A stretch of 53,888 bases of DNA from Methanobacteriota archaeon (GCA_029547145.1 JAKPPV010000043.1:1-53888); one strand, 5' to 3'; counted from the first letter of the stretch, positions 39,697-50,138 are shown. Program-made: numbers and translations. Notes: generated by a model not told the origin, from the letters alone.

Positions 39697-42600
39697 TCAG
39701 GCTGGAACGGCGGCTCTCCGGCAGGCGTCCGCCGGGACCCGGATCTCGAAGCAGGCGCCTTCTTCGGGCACACCCGTCTCCCGGATCGTGATCCCGGTGA
39801 TCCCCAGGATCTCCCGGACGAGAAAGAGCCCGAGCCCGGTGTTCCTTCCGACCCCCTTTTCGAAGATCCGCTCCTTCTCCTCCCGGGGGATCCCGACCCC
39901 GTCGTCCCGGACCGTGATCACGAGCCCGCCCTCCTGCTCCTCGCACCCGATCTCGACGTGTGTCACCCGTTCCCCGTGACGGACGGCGTTATCGACCAGG
40001 TTCGCCATGACGAGTGTGACCATCGGATCGGCGAAGATCTCCCATTCCCGGCATCGTTCGTCGAAGATGACCGGGATCGGGGTCGGGCCGTCATCCAGGC
40101 TCCCGAGGTTCACCCATGCGGGGGACCGGACGCCGAGCTCCTGGTAGGTCTTCGTGAACTCGAGCTGGCGGGCGATCGTCCGGACCGTCGACCGCGCCAT
40201 CTCCAGGTATTTCGCGGTCCTCGGGGAGGCGGGGTCGGCGGCGGCAAGGTTCACAACACCCTCGAGGGCGGTCAGCTGGTTCGCCAGGTCGTGCCGGGTG
40301 ATGCTGTTGAGCAGGTTCAGCTTCCGGTTCGCCTCCCGAACCGCCGTCTCCATCCTCCGCCGCTCGGTGATGTCCCGGAGGAACCCCTCGATCCCCGCGA
40401 ACGATCCGTCCTCGTCACGCAGGCGGTGGGCGTTCACCGAGACCCAGATCACGGATCCGTCCCGCCTCACCATCTCGATCTCACAGTCACGGACATGGTC
40501 GTTTCGCTGGATCTGCTCATAGAGGGCGGCGCGACTCTCCGCCGAGGGGTAGAGCCTGACGGCCGGGAGGCCCATGAGGTCGTGCGGAGAATCATACCCG
40601 AGGATCCCAGCCGCGGACGGGTTTGCCAGCACCACCCGGCCCTCCGCGTCGGACCGGAGGTAGCCCTCCTTGACGTTCTCGATGATGGACCGGTACTGCT
40701 CCTCGCTCTGGCGCAGGGCGCGCTCGATCGTGCCGGTCCGGACCACCTGCGACGCCGTGTCCGCCAGGTCCCGGAGGAACGCCTCCTCCGACGCGGAGAC
40801 GGGCTGCCGGGTGAGGACGGCGAGGACTCCGAACGGGGGCGAATCGGTATCCGAGAGCCGGATACCGGTGAGGACGGCCGGACCGGGGAACGCCGCCCAC
40901 TCCCGGTCGTCGCATCGCGGTTCGGCCGGGATCTCCTGTACCAGGAGCTCCGGGGATCCGCCGTCCGCGATCCGCCCGATCGTCTGTACCCCGGGCGGGA
41001 CCCGCAGCAGGCCTCTGGCGGCCGGCTCGCACGCACCCGACCCGGCGACCAGGTGGAGGCACGGACCCTTCGCCGGGCAGCCGCGATCACAACCCCGGGT
41101 GCAGAGGTCGCCCGGCCCGGGGAGCCAGACGCCGGCATAGACCGCCCCGAAGAGCTCGACGATCGTACCGGTGATCCTCTCCAGCCGCTCCTCGAGCGGG
41201 GCGCTCCGGATCAGCTCCTGTTTCAACGCGCCGATCCGAAGCGTCCGGGCGGTCGCCTCGTGCCGGTCGGTCACGTCTCGGGCGGAGGCGTAGATCCGTC
41301 CCCCCAGCGGCATCAACCGCCACTCGATCCAGCGGTACGATCCGTTCCGGTGGCGGAAGCGGTTCGTCACGTTGAAGACCGGGCGCTCCTCGCCCAGGAT
41401 GGTGAACGCCTCCAGAGAGGTCTCCCGGTCGTCGGGGTGGACGAAGTCCAGGAACCGGGCCCCCTCGAGCTCCTCGACCGTGTAGCCCAGGGCCGCCTCC
41501 CACTCCCGGTTCAGGCGGAGGAAGCGGCCGTTCGTGTCGGCGATGCAGAAGAGGTCGAGGCTCATCGAGAAGAACCGGTCGATCTCCTCGTTCTTCTCGC
41601 GGATCATCTGTTCGGCCCGTTTCTGCGCGGTGATATCGATCACGATCGCCATCACCGCAGGCTGGTGGTCGTAGGTGATCCGGATCGCCGAGAGGAGGGC
41701 ATACCCCTCCGCTCCGTCCGCCCGTCGCGACGTGAACGGGAACTGCTCCACCCTGCCCCTCCGGAGAAGTTCCTCCCCGATCTGCACGTACACGTTTTGG
41801 GGCATCAGGCCGATCTCCACCGGTGTCCGTCCGATGACATCGGCGGCGGTATAACCGCTGTCCCGCTCGAAGGCCTGGTTCACCAAAAGGTACGCACCGG
41901 TGGGACCCGTGATCGCGATCGAGTACGGGCTGTGTTCGAAGATCGCCCGGAAACGGGCCTCGTTCTCCGATGCCTGCCGCTCGCTCGTCCTGAGGGCCTC
42001 CACCTGCCGCCGGAGGTCGGCCTCGACGGCGACGAGTTCGTCGTGTGCCGCCTGGAGCCGTTCCCGGGCGGTGCGGAGGGCCGCCTCCTGCTCCTTTCGT
42101 TGCGTCAGGTTCCGGAGGGTCCCGATCCTCCGGGCGGGCCGGCCCGTTCCGTCGACGAGGACGCCTCCTGTATCCTCGATCGGAATCCAGGTCCCGTCCC
42201 GCGCCCGGAACCGGTACTCGACCGAGTACCGCGGCGACGGGGCGTCCGGACCGCCGATCGCGGCGAGCACCCCCGGCAGGTCGTCGGGGTGGATACGGGC
42301 CATCCAGCCGGCCATCTCCCCGAGCGCGGACTCCTCTCCCGGTGCGAGCCCGAGCACCTCCCGGACCGCACCGGCAACGTCCCTATTGCCGGTCGAGAGG
42401 TCCGCGTCGTAGACCACCAGCGCGGAGAGCTCGGCGGCCAGACGGTACTTCTCCTCGGAGACCCTGAGTTCGGACTCGACCCGCTTCAGGTCGGAGATGT
42501 CGCAAATTGACTCGATCGCCCCGACGACCGCCCCATCCCGGTCGTAGAGGGGGATCGCCGTGCCCCGGAGGACCGTCGGGCGTCCCCGGGGGCGGGGGAG

Positions 42601-43326
42601 CGTCGTGTCGGCGATCAGGACGTCGCCCCGACGGATGACGTGCTCGTACCCACCTTCGACCGCGAGGGAGGGGTCCAGGACCAGGTCAATCAGGATCGGA
42701 CGCCTTTCACCGTAGAACGGCACGGCGTGGGCGTACTCACCCCTGCCGATCACCTCGTCGGCCATCACGCCGGTCAGTTCCTCGACCGCGCGGTTCCAGG
42801 CGATCACCCGCCCCTCCCGGTCGATCGCGAAGGTCGCGTCCGGGAGGAAGTCGATGATGGCGGCGAGCCGCTTCTCCGCCTCGGAGAGGGCGGTCTCCAT
42901 GCGCCGCCTGCCGAGCGCCTGCCGGACCTGGTGGACCAGCTCGGCGAACTGGGCGCGGGGATCCCCCCCTTTTTGCAGGTAATAGTCCGCGCCGTTGTTG
43001 ATCGCCTCGATGACGACATCCTCGCGCCCCCGCCCGGTGAAGAGGATGAACGGGACGTCCGTGCGCCGCTCCCGGACCGCCTTGAGGAACTCGATCCCGT
43101 CCATCTCCGGCATCTGGTAGTCGGAGACGATCGCATCGCAGCGCTCGATGCACGGGGACCGGAGTGCCTCCCTCGCGGAGGAGCAGGTGAAGACGATGAA
43201 CTCCCCCGTCCGTTCCAGGTAGCGCCGGGTCAGCTCCAGGAGATCGGGCTCGTCGTCGACGTAGAGGAGGTAGGTCATCCGGTCAGGCGGGTTCATGGTA
43301 TTTGTCTGACTATTGTTCGTCCCCAT
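39697..43326 (-). CDS. Hybrid sensor histidine kinase: N-terminal receiver domain, multiple PAS and GAF domains, HisKA, HATPase_c
   Basis: 1209 aa. Receiver region (LLYVDDEPDLL...SDYQMPEMDGIEFLK). At least 5 PAS-like repeats. H-box RHDLANQL. C-terminal ATPase G-boxes. Confidence 0.85.
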   Translation of the reverse strand: MGTNNSQTNTMNPPDRMTYLLYVDDEPDLLELTRRYLERTGEFIVFTCSSAREALRSPCIERCDAIVSDYQMPEMDGIEFLKAVRERRTDVPFILFTGRGREDVVIEAINNGADYYLQKGGDPRAQFAELVHQVRQALGRRRMETALSEAEKRLAAIIDFLPDATFAIDREGRVIAWNRAVEELTGVMADEVIGRGEYAHAVPFYGERRPILIDLVLDPSLAVEGGYEHVIRRGDVLIADTTLPRPRGRPTVLRGTAIPLYDRDGAVVGAIESICDISDLKRVESELRVSEEKYRLAAELSALVVYDADLSTGNRDVAGAVREVLGLAPGEESALGEMAGWMARIHPDDLPGVLAAIGGPDAPSPRYSVEYRFRARDGTWIPIEDTGGVLVDGTGRPARRIGTLRNLTQRKEQEAALRTARERLQAAHDELVAVEADLRRQVEALRTSERQASENEARFRAIFEHSPYSIAITGPTGAYLLVNQAFERDSGYTAADVIGRTPVEIGLMPQNVYVQIGEELLRRGRVEQFPFTSRRADGAEGYALLSAIRITYDHQPAVMAIVIDITAQKRAEQMIREKNEEIDRFFSMSLDLFCIADTNGRFLRLNREWEAALGYTVEELEGARFLDFVHPDDRETSLEAFTILGEERPVFNVTNRFRHRNGSYRWIEWRLMPLGGRIYASARDVTDRHEATARTLRIGALKQELIRSAPLEERLERITGTIVELFGAVYAGVWLPGPGDLCTRGCDRGCPAKGPCLHLVAGSGACEPAARGLLRVPPGVQTIGRIADGGSPELLVQEIPAEPRCDDREWAAFPGPAVLTGIRLSDTDSPPFGVLAVLTRQPVSASEEAFLRDLADTASQVVRTGTIERALRQSEEQYRSIIENVKEGYLRSDAEGRVVLANPSAAGILGYDSPHDLMGLPAVRLYPSAESRAALYEQIQRNDHVRDCEIEMVRRDGSVIWVSVNAHRLRDEDGSFAGIEGFLRDITERRRMETAVREANRKLNLLNSITRHDLANQLTALEGVVNLAAADPASPRTAKYLEMARSTVRTIARQLEFTKTYQELGVRSPAWVNLGSLDDGPTPIPVIFDERCREWEIFADPMVTLVMANLVDNAVRHGERVTHVEIGCEEQEGGLVITVRDDGVGIPREEKERIFEKGVGRNTGLGLFLVREILGITGITIRETGVPEEGACFEIRVPADACRRAAVPA

Positions 43327-43406
43327 GAGAGTTTATGAATCTTCGTGTTTCGCAGAGGGCCGGGTCGACGAGTAACCCTATTGCCTCTCTCGTCCCAGTA
43401 CCAGGC

Positions 43407-44348
43407 ATGGATGCGTATACCCTTGCGACGCGGAACACGGTCGAGGTCGTGACCGACGACGAACTCCGTGCGCTTCTCGACCGGCCGAAGAAGCGGGTCT
43501 ACGCCGGGTACGAGCCCTCGGGGGAGATCCATCTCGGCCACATGGTGACCGTGAACAAGCTGATCGACCTCAGGCAGGCCGGGTTCGAGGTCGTCGTCCT
43601 CCTCGCCGACCTCCACGCGTTCTTGAACCGGAAGGGGACGATGAGCGAGGTGCGGGAGCTCGCCGAGTACAACCGCCGCTGCTTCGAGGCGCTGGGGCTC
43701 ACCGACGTCGAGTACGTGCTCGGGACCGAGCTCCAGCTCGAACGGGACTACGTGCTGCCGGTGCTCCAGTCGTCCCAGTCGGTCACCCTCGCCCGGGCCC
43801 GCCGGTCGATGGACGAGGTGGGACGGGCGATGGAGAACCCGACCGTCTCGCAGATGATCTACCCGCTGATGCAGATGGTCGACATCATGGCCCTCGGGGT
43901 CGACGCCGCCGTCGGCGGGATCGACCAGCGGAAGATCCACATGCTCGCCCGCGAGTACCTCCCGGAACTGGGGTACCGCCCACCGGTCTGCCTCCACACG
44001 CCGATCCTGAACGGGCTCGACGGGAAGAAGATGTCCTCCTCCCAGGGCAACTACATCTCGGTCGCCGAGAGCGAGGAGTCGATCAAGAGGAAGCTGCAGA
44101 AGGCCTTCTGCCCGCCGGGGGTCGGGGAGAACCCGGTCCTCGGGGTCCTGCAGCACCATGTCTTCCCGCGCCAGGGCCGGCTCGAGGTCCGGCGGCCCGA
44201 GAAGTTCGGCGGCGACCGGGTCTTCGAGACCTACGAGGAACTCGAGGGCGCGTACGCCGCCGGAGAGGTCCATCCGGCGGACCTGAAGAGGGCGGCGGGC
44301 GAGGCGATGGTCGAGCTCCTCCGTCCGGTCCGCGAGTACCTCGGGTGA
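43407..44348 (+). CDS. tyrS: Tyrosyl-tRNA synthetase (archaeal type)
   Basis: 313 aa from MDAYTLATRNTVEVVTDDELRALL. HIGH-like GYEPSGEIHLGH. KMSSS (KMSKS) motif. Confidence 0.9.
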   Translation: MDAYTLATRNTVEVVTDDELRALLDRPKKRVYAGYEPSGEIHLGHMVTVNKLIDLRQAGFEVVVLLADLHAFLNRKGTMSEVRELAEYNRRCFEALGLTDVEYVLGTELQLERDYVLPVLQSSQSVTLARARRSMDEVGRAMENPTVSQMIYPLMQMVDIMALGVDAAVGGIDQRKIHMLAREYLPELGYRPPVCLHTPILNGLDGKKMSSSQGNYISVAESEESIKRKLQKAFCPPGVGENPVLGVLQHHVFPRQGRLEVRRPEKFGGDRVFETYEELEGAYAAGEVHPADLKRAAGEAMVELLRPVREYLG

Positions 44349-45148
44349 CCCCGATGGGGCGGGGAGACGAGGACCGGTTCGACCGCCAGCTCGAGGCGCT
44401 CGGTATCCGGGTCAGGGATGCCGACGCGTTCAAGGTGCGGGACGATGTCTTCGACGAGGTCACCCTCCTCGCGCTCTACCGGCTGATCCACAAGAAGCGT
44501 CTCTCGGCGATCGGCGGGCCGATCTCCACCGGGAAGGAGGCGAACGTCTACCGGGGGGAGGCGGGCGACCGGGCCGTGGCGGTCAAGATCTACCGGATCC
44601 AGACCGCGAACTTCAACGCGATGTCGGTCTACCTCCAGGGAGACCGGCGGTTCGCCTCGGTGCGCAGGACCCGGAAGGAGGTGATCTTCACCTGGACGAG
44701 GAAGGAGTTCGCAAACCTCAAGCGCGCCCACGACGCGGGTCTTCCGGTCCCGGAACCCCTCTCGTTCGACCGGAACATCCTCCTGATGGGCTTCCTCGGC
44801 GAGGACGAACGACCGTATCCCCGCCTGAAGGAGGCGGAGATGGTCGATCCGGCCGCCACCTACGCCCGGGTGGTGGAGTTCGTCCGCCGGCTCTACCGCG
44901 AGGCGAGGCTGGTCCACGCGGACCTGAGCGAATTTAATATACTCCTCGGAGACGAGGTGTACGTCATCGACATGGGGCAGTCCGTGACACCGGACCATCC
45001 CCAGGCGCTCCGGTTCCTGATGCGCGACATCCGGAACGTGAACCGTTTCTTCGGGGAGCGCTGCCCGGTCCGCTCCGAGTTCGAGATCTTCGCCGAGACG
45101 ACCGGGATCCCGCTCGAGGAGGTCCTCGCAGGCGAGAGAGAGCGATAG
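44345..45148 (+). CDS. rio1: RIO-type serine protein kinase (Rio1-like), GTG start overlapping the tyrS stop
   Basis: 267 aa. STGKEANVY ATP-binding loop. LVHADLSEFNIL catalytic loop. IDMGQSV metal-binding loop. Confidence 0.8.
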   Translation: MTPMGRGDEDRFDRQLEALGIRVRDADAFKVRDDVFDEVTLLALYRLIHKKRLSAIGGPISTGKEANVYRGEAGDRAVAVKIYRIQTANFNAMSVYLQGDRRFASVRRTRKEVIFTWTRKEFANLKRAHDAGLPVPEPLSFDRNILLMGFLGEDERPYPRLKEAEMVDPAATYARVVEFVRRLYREARLVHADLSEFNILLGDEVYVIDMGQSVTPDHPQALRFLMRDIRNVNRFFGERCPVRSEFEIFAETTGIPLEEVLAGERER

Positions 45149-45158
45149 GGGAGACGAG

Positions 45159-45698
45159 ATGCAGCAGGAGTTGAAGATTGCCGGGAACCGGATCGGGGTC
45201 CTGATCGGAAAGGGCGGGGCGACCAAGCAGCGGATCGAGGAGCGGACGGAGAGCGTCATCTCGATCGACTCCGAGGAGGGGCTTGTCACGATCGAGGGCG
45301 AGGACCCCGTCCGGGTGCTGACGGCCGCCTCGGTCGTCCAGGCGATCGGGCGGGGGTTCTCGCCCGAGAACGCCTTCCTTCTGATCGAGGACGAGGACCG
45401 GGTCTTCGAACAGATCGACCTCTCGGGGATCGCGGACACCCCGCGCCAGCTCGACCGGCTCCGGGGCCGGATCATCGGCCGGGACGGCAGGGCCCGCGAG
45501 CAGATCGAGCACATGACCTCGACCCACCTCTCGGTCCAGGGCAAGACGGTTGCGATCATCGGCCTGCCCGAGCAGGTGAAGGACGCCCGGACGGCGGTCG
45601 AGATGCTGATCCGCGGGGTCCCGCACGAGGCGGTCTTCGCCTTCCTCGATCGGAAGCGGAAGGAGGCCCAGGCCGACCTGATCAGCTACTACTATTGA
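45159..45698 (+). CDS. Tandem KH-domain RNA-binding protein (archaeal Dim2/Pno1-like)
   Basis: 179 aa. Two KH GxxG loops (IGKGGATKQRIEE, IGRDGRAREQIE). Conserved position next to a RIO kinase. Confidence 0.7.
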   Translation: MQQELKIAGNRIGVLIGKGGATKQRIEERTESVISIDSEEGLVTIEGEDPVRVLTAASVVQAIGRGFSPENAFLLIEDEDRVFEQIDLSGIADTPRQLDRLRGRIIGRDGRAREQIEHMTSTHLSVQGKTVAIIGLPEQVKDARTAVEMLIRGVPHEAVFAFLDRKRKEAQADLISYYY

Positions 45699-45816
45699 GG
45701 CGGGATAGAGACGACCCGGGAGCGGTTCCACTGGAGACCGGCAGCGTGACCTTTTCCACCGAACGTCTGAACCGGCGGTGCTTCGTCATCGCTCCACCGG
45801 CGGAAAGGGGGTCCGG

Positions 45817-48036
45817 ATGAGGCTTTCCGACCTGCCGGTCCCGGCCGCCCTCGTCGAGCGGTATGCCGCGCGGGGGATCACGGACCTCTACCCACCCCAG
45901 GCGGCCTGCGTGGAGGAGGGGCTCCTCGAGGGGAGGAACCTCCTGGTCTCGATCCCGACCGCCTCGGGCAAGACGCTCGTGGCCGAGCTGGCGATGCACG
46001 CCGCGATCGCGCGCGGGGGCACCTGCCTCTACATCGTCCCCCTCCGCGCCCTCGCCGCCGAGAAGTACGCGGAGTTCTCGGCGGGGGCCCGGGTCGGGAT
46101 CGCGACCGGGGACTACGACCGGCGCGACGAGCACCTGGGCCGGTTCGAGATCGTGGTCGCGACCTCGGAGAAGGTCGACTCGCTCCTCCGGAACCGGACT
46201 CCCTGGCTCGCGGACGTGGCCCTCCTGGTCGTGGACGAGATCCACCTGATCGGTTCCCCCGACCGGGGCGCCACCCTGGAGCTGGTGATCGCGAAGCTCC
46301 GCCGGCTCAACCCGTCGCTCCAGGTGATCGGGCTCTCGGCCACGATCGGGAACCCATCCGCCCTCGCCGGGTGGCTGGACGCGACCCTCGTCGCCTCGGA
46401 CTGGCGCCCGGTCCGGCTCCGTCAGGGGGTCTACTTCCGCGGTCAGATCCGGTTCCACGACGGATGCCGGGAGGTCGATGCGACCGCATCGAAGTCGGAC
46501 GACCTGAACCTCTGCCTGGATACGATCGCGGAGGGGGGGCAGGTCCTGGTCTTCGTCAACTCCCGGCGGAACGCCGAGGGGTTCGCAAAGCGGGCGGCGT
46601 CCGCGATCCGCTCCAAGGACCCGGCGCTCGCCGACCTGGCGCGCCGGATCGCCGACCTGGCGGTCACCGAGCCCGACCGGTCGCTCGCGGCCTGCGTGGC
46701 GCAGGGGGCCGCGTTCCACCACGCGGGCCTGCGGTCGGAGTACCGGGGCCTGGTCGAGGACGGGTTCCGGAGCGGGGCGATCCGGTGCATCGCGGCGACG
46801 CCCACCCTCGCGGCGGGCCTGAACCTCCCGGCGCGCCGGGTGGTGGTCCGCGACTGCTTCCGGTTCGCCGGGGGGCAGGGGATGGTCCCGATCCCGGTCC
46901 AGGAGTACCACCAGATGGCCGGGCGGGCGGGCCGGCCCCACCTGGACCCGTACGGGGAGGCGGTGCTGATCGCGAGGTCCGATGAGGCGATCGACGAGCT
47001 CTTCGCGCGCTACATCGACGCCCCCCCGGAGCCGATCACCTCGCACTGCGGGGACCCGGGGGTGCTCCCGGGCCACGTCCTCTCCCTCGTCGCAACCCGG
47101 TTCGCCCGGACGCGGGAGGAGCTCGCCGCCTTCATGGCGACGACCTTCTACGGCCACACCCACCGGGACCCTTCCGCGCTGGAGCCGTCGATCGACGAGT
47201 CGCTCCTCTTTTTGCTCGACGCCGAGATGATCTCGGACCTCTCGGGGCGGTTCGAGCCGACCGACTACGGGAGCCTGGTCTCGCGCCTCTACGTCCATCC
47301 CCTGACGGCGGAGGCGATCACGCACGCCCTCCTCGAGGCGGAGGCGTTCTCGGACGTCGGCCTCCTCCAGGTCCTCGCATCCACGCCGGACATGCCGGCG
47401 CTCTACGTGAAGGCCCGGGACATGCAGGGGCTCTCCCGGTTCGCGTACGAACGCGAGGAGGAGCTCTGGATGGAGTTCCCCTGGGAGAGCCAGGAGTCCT
47501 TCTTCCGTGCGCTCAAGACCGCCCTTCTGCTGAACGACTACATCAGTGAGGCGTCGGAGGAGACGATCTGCGAGCGGTACGAGGTCGCCCCGGGCGACAT
47601 CCACTCGACGGTCACCAACATCTCGTGGCTGGTCCACGCGGCGACCCGCCTGGCGCGGATGTTCCGGCCCGAGTTCGAACGGGAGGCGGCGGACCTGGAA
47701 CTCTGCGTCGCCCACGGGGTCCGGCGGGAGCTCCTCCCCCTGGTCCGGCTCCGGGGGATCGGCCGGGTCCGCGCCCGCCGCCTCTTCACGAACGGGCTTG
47801 TGGACCCCGAGGCCGTACGGCGGGCCGGGCGGGACGAGGTCGCGCGGATCCTGGGCAGGGGGATCGCGGACCAGGTCTTCGCCCAGCTCGGAGAGGAGGG
47901 CCGTACCGCCGCCGATCCCGGTGCGCGCGACGGTGCCGGTCCCCGGGGGGCCGGGACGGAAAAAGAGACCCGCGCGACGGGAGCGGAGCGGCCAAAGCCG
48001 GGTCCGCGCCAGGCATCGCTTCACCAGTTCGAGTGA
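45817..48036 (+). CDS. hel308: Ski2-like DNA helicase Hel308/Hjm
   Basis: 739 aa from MRLSDLPVPAAL... Walker A TASGKT, DEIH box. Winged-helix, ratchet and C-terminal HhH domains. Confidence 0.9.
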   Translation: MRLSDLPVPAALVERYAARGITDLYPPQAACVEEGLLEGRNLLVSIPTASGKTLVAELAMHAAIARGGTCLYIVPLRALAAEKYAEFSAGARVGIATGDYDRRDEHLGRFEIVVATSEKVDSLLRNRTPWLADVALLVVDEIHLIGSPDRGATLELVIAKLRRLNPSLQVIGLSATIGNPSALAGWLDATLVASDWRPVRLRQGVYFRGQIRFHDGCREVDATASKSDDLNLCLDTIAEGGQVLVFVNSRRNAEGFAKRAASAIRSKDPALADLARRIADLAVTEPDRSLAACVAQGAAFHHAGLRSEYRGLVEDGFRSGAIRCIAATPTLAAGLNLPARRVVVRDCFRFAGGQGMVPIPVQEYHQMAGRAGRPHLDPYGEAVLIARSDEAIDELFARYIDAPPEPITSHCGDPGVLPGHVLSLVATRFARTREELAAFMATTFYGHTHRDPSALEPSIDESLLFLLDAEMISDLSGRFEPTDYGSLVSRLYVHPLTAEAITHALLEAEAFSDVGLLQVLASTPDMPALYVKARDMQGLSRFAYEREEELWMEFPWESQESFFRALKTALLLNDYISEASEETICERYEVAPGDIHSTVTNISWLVHAATRLARMFRPEFEREAADLELCVAHGVRRELLPLVRLRGIGRVRARRLFTNGLVDPEAVRRAGRDEVARILGRGIADQVFAQLGEEGRTAADPGARDGAGPRGAGTEKETRATGAERPKPGPRQASLHQFE

Positions 48037-48042
48037 TCCATT

Positions 48043-48546
48043 ATGGAGTTCCAGATTCGGTACGGGACCGCCCGGGTCGATGACCCCGATCGGTTCCTGG
48101 CAGCGGTCCGGGAGATCGCGGCGGCGACGGGGACGCGGATCGTGCTCTTCGACGCGGACCGGATGGCCGGCCAGGAGCATGTGCGCTCCGCCCTCCGCCA
48201 TGCGGTCCGCTCCTTTGAGCGAAGAGAGATGATCGCCCGGAACCTCGAGATGGAGGCCCTGCTCTACGCATCGGGGTCGCGGCAGACCCGGGTCGGCAGG
48301 ACCTTCGGGCTCCATGCGGGCCTGAACCGGTCCTACATCGCCGTATCGGAGCCGGTCGGGAGGGCCTGGGAGGAGCTCGGACGGCTTGTCCGGTTCGTGC
48401 CCGAGCCGGAGGGACACGACCCGGGACGGCGAGAACGGCTCTGCGACCTCTTCGGGATCACCCCGGAGGAGCTGGGGGCGGTCGGGGAGGACCGCCTCGG
48501 GGAGCTGGTGCTCGAGCGGGTCGCCCTGCTCGATGCGAACCGGTGA
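48043..48546 (+). CDS. cgi121: KEOPS complex subunit Cgi121-like
   Basis: 167 aa. Central MIARNLEMEALLYASGSRQ segment typical of Cgi121. Follows hel308 with a 6-nt gap. Confidence 0.55.
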   Translation: MEFQIRYGTARVDDPDRFLAAVREIAAATGTRIVLFDADRMAGQEHVRSALRHAVRSFERREMIARNLEMEALLYASGSRQTRVGRTFGLHAGLNRSYIAVSEPVGRAWEELGRLVRFVPEPEGHDPGRRERLCDLFGITPEELGAVGEDRLGELVLERVALLDANR

Positions 48547-48568
48547 CGCGGGCGGACGGACGGACCGA

Positions 48569-49057
48569 TCACCGGTTCGCGTGGGTCAGGATGTGGCCGA
48601 TCTCCGGGAGGATCAGCTCGTCGAGGGCGAGGCGTGCCGCCCCCGTCGACCCGGGGATGCAGAAGACCGCCGCACCCGCGATGATGCCGGCGGAGGCGCG
48701 CGAGAGCATCGCCGCCCGTCCGATCTCCGCGAAGCTCAGGGACCGGAAGAGCTCCCCGAACCCGTCGATCGTCTTCTCGTAGAGCGGGACGACCGCCTCG
48801 ATCGTCCCGTCGTCGTGCGTCAGGCCCGTCCCCCCCGAGAGGACGACGCAGTTGGACGACTCCAGCGCGGCAAGCACCGCGCGGCGGATGGAGAGGCGTG
48901 CGTCGGGGACGATCGCCCGGTACGTGACCCGGTGTCCTGCGGCCTCAAAACGTTCCCGGATGAGCGCCCCGCTCCTATCGGTCACCTCCGTGCGGGTCGA
49001 GGAGACCGTGATCACCCCCGCCCGGACCTCCACCGGTTCCCGGTGCGTCGGATCCAT
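48569..49057 (-). CDS. moaB: MoaB/MogA-family molybdenum cofactor biosynthesis protein
   Basis: 162 aa from MDPTHREPVEVRAGVITVSSTRT... and SGGTGLTHDDGT signature. The ORF-track 5' extension runs into the origin region. Confidence 0.75.
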   Translation of the reverse strand: MDPTHREPVEVRAGVITVSSTRTEVTDRSGALIRERFEAAGHRVTYRAIVPDARLSIRRAVLAALESSNCVVLSGGTGLTHDDGTIEAVVPLYEKTIDGFGELFRSLSFAEIGRAAMLSRASAGIIAGAAVFCIPGSTGAARLALDELILPEIGHILTHANR

Positions 49058-49204
49058 GGGGGATCGGTGGTCTCCGATCGGTGATGAAGGTTCCATCCGG
49101 GAGGACGGGGCGGGCACCGACCGACGGGTTCCCCATGACGGGTTGAAACGGTATTCTCCCCCTTCCGTTTTGCCATCCGGGACGCCTGAGGGGGACCCCT
49201 TTAT

Positions 49205-49226
49205 TTCCAGTGGAACGCGGTGGGGG
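49205..49226 (+). promoter_or_regulatory. Origin recognition box (ORB) 1
   Basis: TTTCCAGTGGAACgcgGTGGGGG, the canonical TCCAGTGGAA core plus G-string. Confidence 0.55.
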
Positions 49227-49435
49227 AAGACGGTGGGGGGACCGTCACCCGCCGGCGGGATGGAGAGACGGGGACCCACGGGGACGGGGCGTGATGAAAA
49301 AAAGACCAGTTAGGCGACGTTCTGGTTGATTGAACGGTACATCGCCGGTATGTATCAGCCCGGATCTCCATCCTCCCTGAAGTCCGATCCACCACGAAGA
49401 GGGTGATTCTGACCGCCTGGAGAGGCGATTTGATG

Positions 49436-49738
49436 GGATTCCACTCGCATTCACGGGGTCAGAAACACCCACGGGAGATGTTCCACTCGCAGTCAAAGGG
49501 GTCAGATACACTCAATAGAGGCGTTCCACTCGCAGTCAAAGGGGTCAGAAACACCCAAGGGAGGGGTTCCACTCGCAATCAAAGGGGTCAGAAACACCCA
49601 AGGGAGGGGTTCCACTCACAGTCAAAAGGGTTAGATACACCCAAGGGAGGCGTTCTACTCGCATCAACAGGGGGTCAGATACATACACGGGAGGTGTTTC
49701 ACTCGCATTCAAAGGGATCGGATACCGGAGTCGGACGA
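49436..49738 (+). repeat. Seven tandem 43-bp direct repeats (consensus GTTCCACTCGCAGTCAAAGGGGTCAGAAACACCCAAGGGAGGG), head-to-tail ORB-like units
   Basis: Unit starts at ~49437, 49480, 49523, 49566, 49609, 49652, 49696 (period 43-44). Each unit has GTTCCAC..AAAGGGGT resembling ORB half-sites. No unique spacers, so this is not CRISPR. Confidence 0.75.
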
Positions 49739-49879
49739 TCTTTGTGTTCTTCCGTGTCCTCCGATCCGGTATGACCATCCCACCCGATCGGGTTCTGTCC
49801 CACCGGTTCTTCACGATGGGGATCGGATCGAACTTCCGGATCCCTGTTCCTTCGCTCGTGTCTCTGTCCCTGATCGGAT

Positions 49880-49932
49880 CATGTTTTTCTAGTACGAATG
49901 CAATACGTACCAAATGCTCGACTTTTTTTTCC
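49880..49932 (+). promoter_or_regulatory. AT-rich candidate duplex unwinding element (DUE) of oriC
   Basis: tttttctagtacgaatgcaatacgtaccaaatgctcgactttttttttcc, ~30% GC in a 70% GC genome. Bracketed by the ORB-like array and ORB2. Confidence 0.5.
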
Positions 49933-49965
49933 AAGAGGAGAGGATCCTCATCCTCGCCTCCACGA

Positions 49966-49992
49966 GTTCCACAGGAAACAAAGGGGTGGGGG
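49966..49992 (+). promoter_or_regulatory. ORB 2
   Basis: GTTCCACAGGAAACAAAGGGGTGGGGG. Confidence 0.55.
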
Positions 49993-50115
49993 TCCCCCTC
50001 CGCACCCGCACCCGCACCCGCACCGTACTCTTTTCTGCACGACGGATCTCTTCCGGCGGGTTCGACAGGACGCCGGATCGGATCGCGTGACCGGCGATCA
50101 CCGCACGGTTGCGAT

Positions 50116-50138
50116 CTCCAGTGGAAATCAAGGGGTCC
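50116..50138 (+). promoter_or_regulatory. ORB 3
   Basis: CTCCAGTGGAAATCAAGGGGTCC. Confidence 0.6.

Noticed and set aside
45682-48417. 911-aa minus-strand ORF
   Set aside because: Antisense to hel308 and cgi121, which have unambiguous motifs on the + strand.
49436-49738. Possible CRISPR array (regularly spaced ~43-bp repeats)
   Set aside because: Units are contiguous with no unique spacers between them, repeats are degenerate ORB-like sequences, and they sit in an origin next to orc1. This is a tandem ORB-like repeat, not CRISPR.
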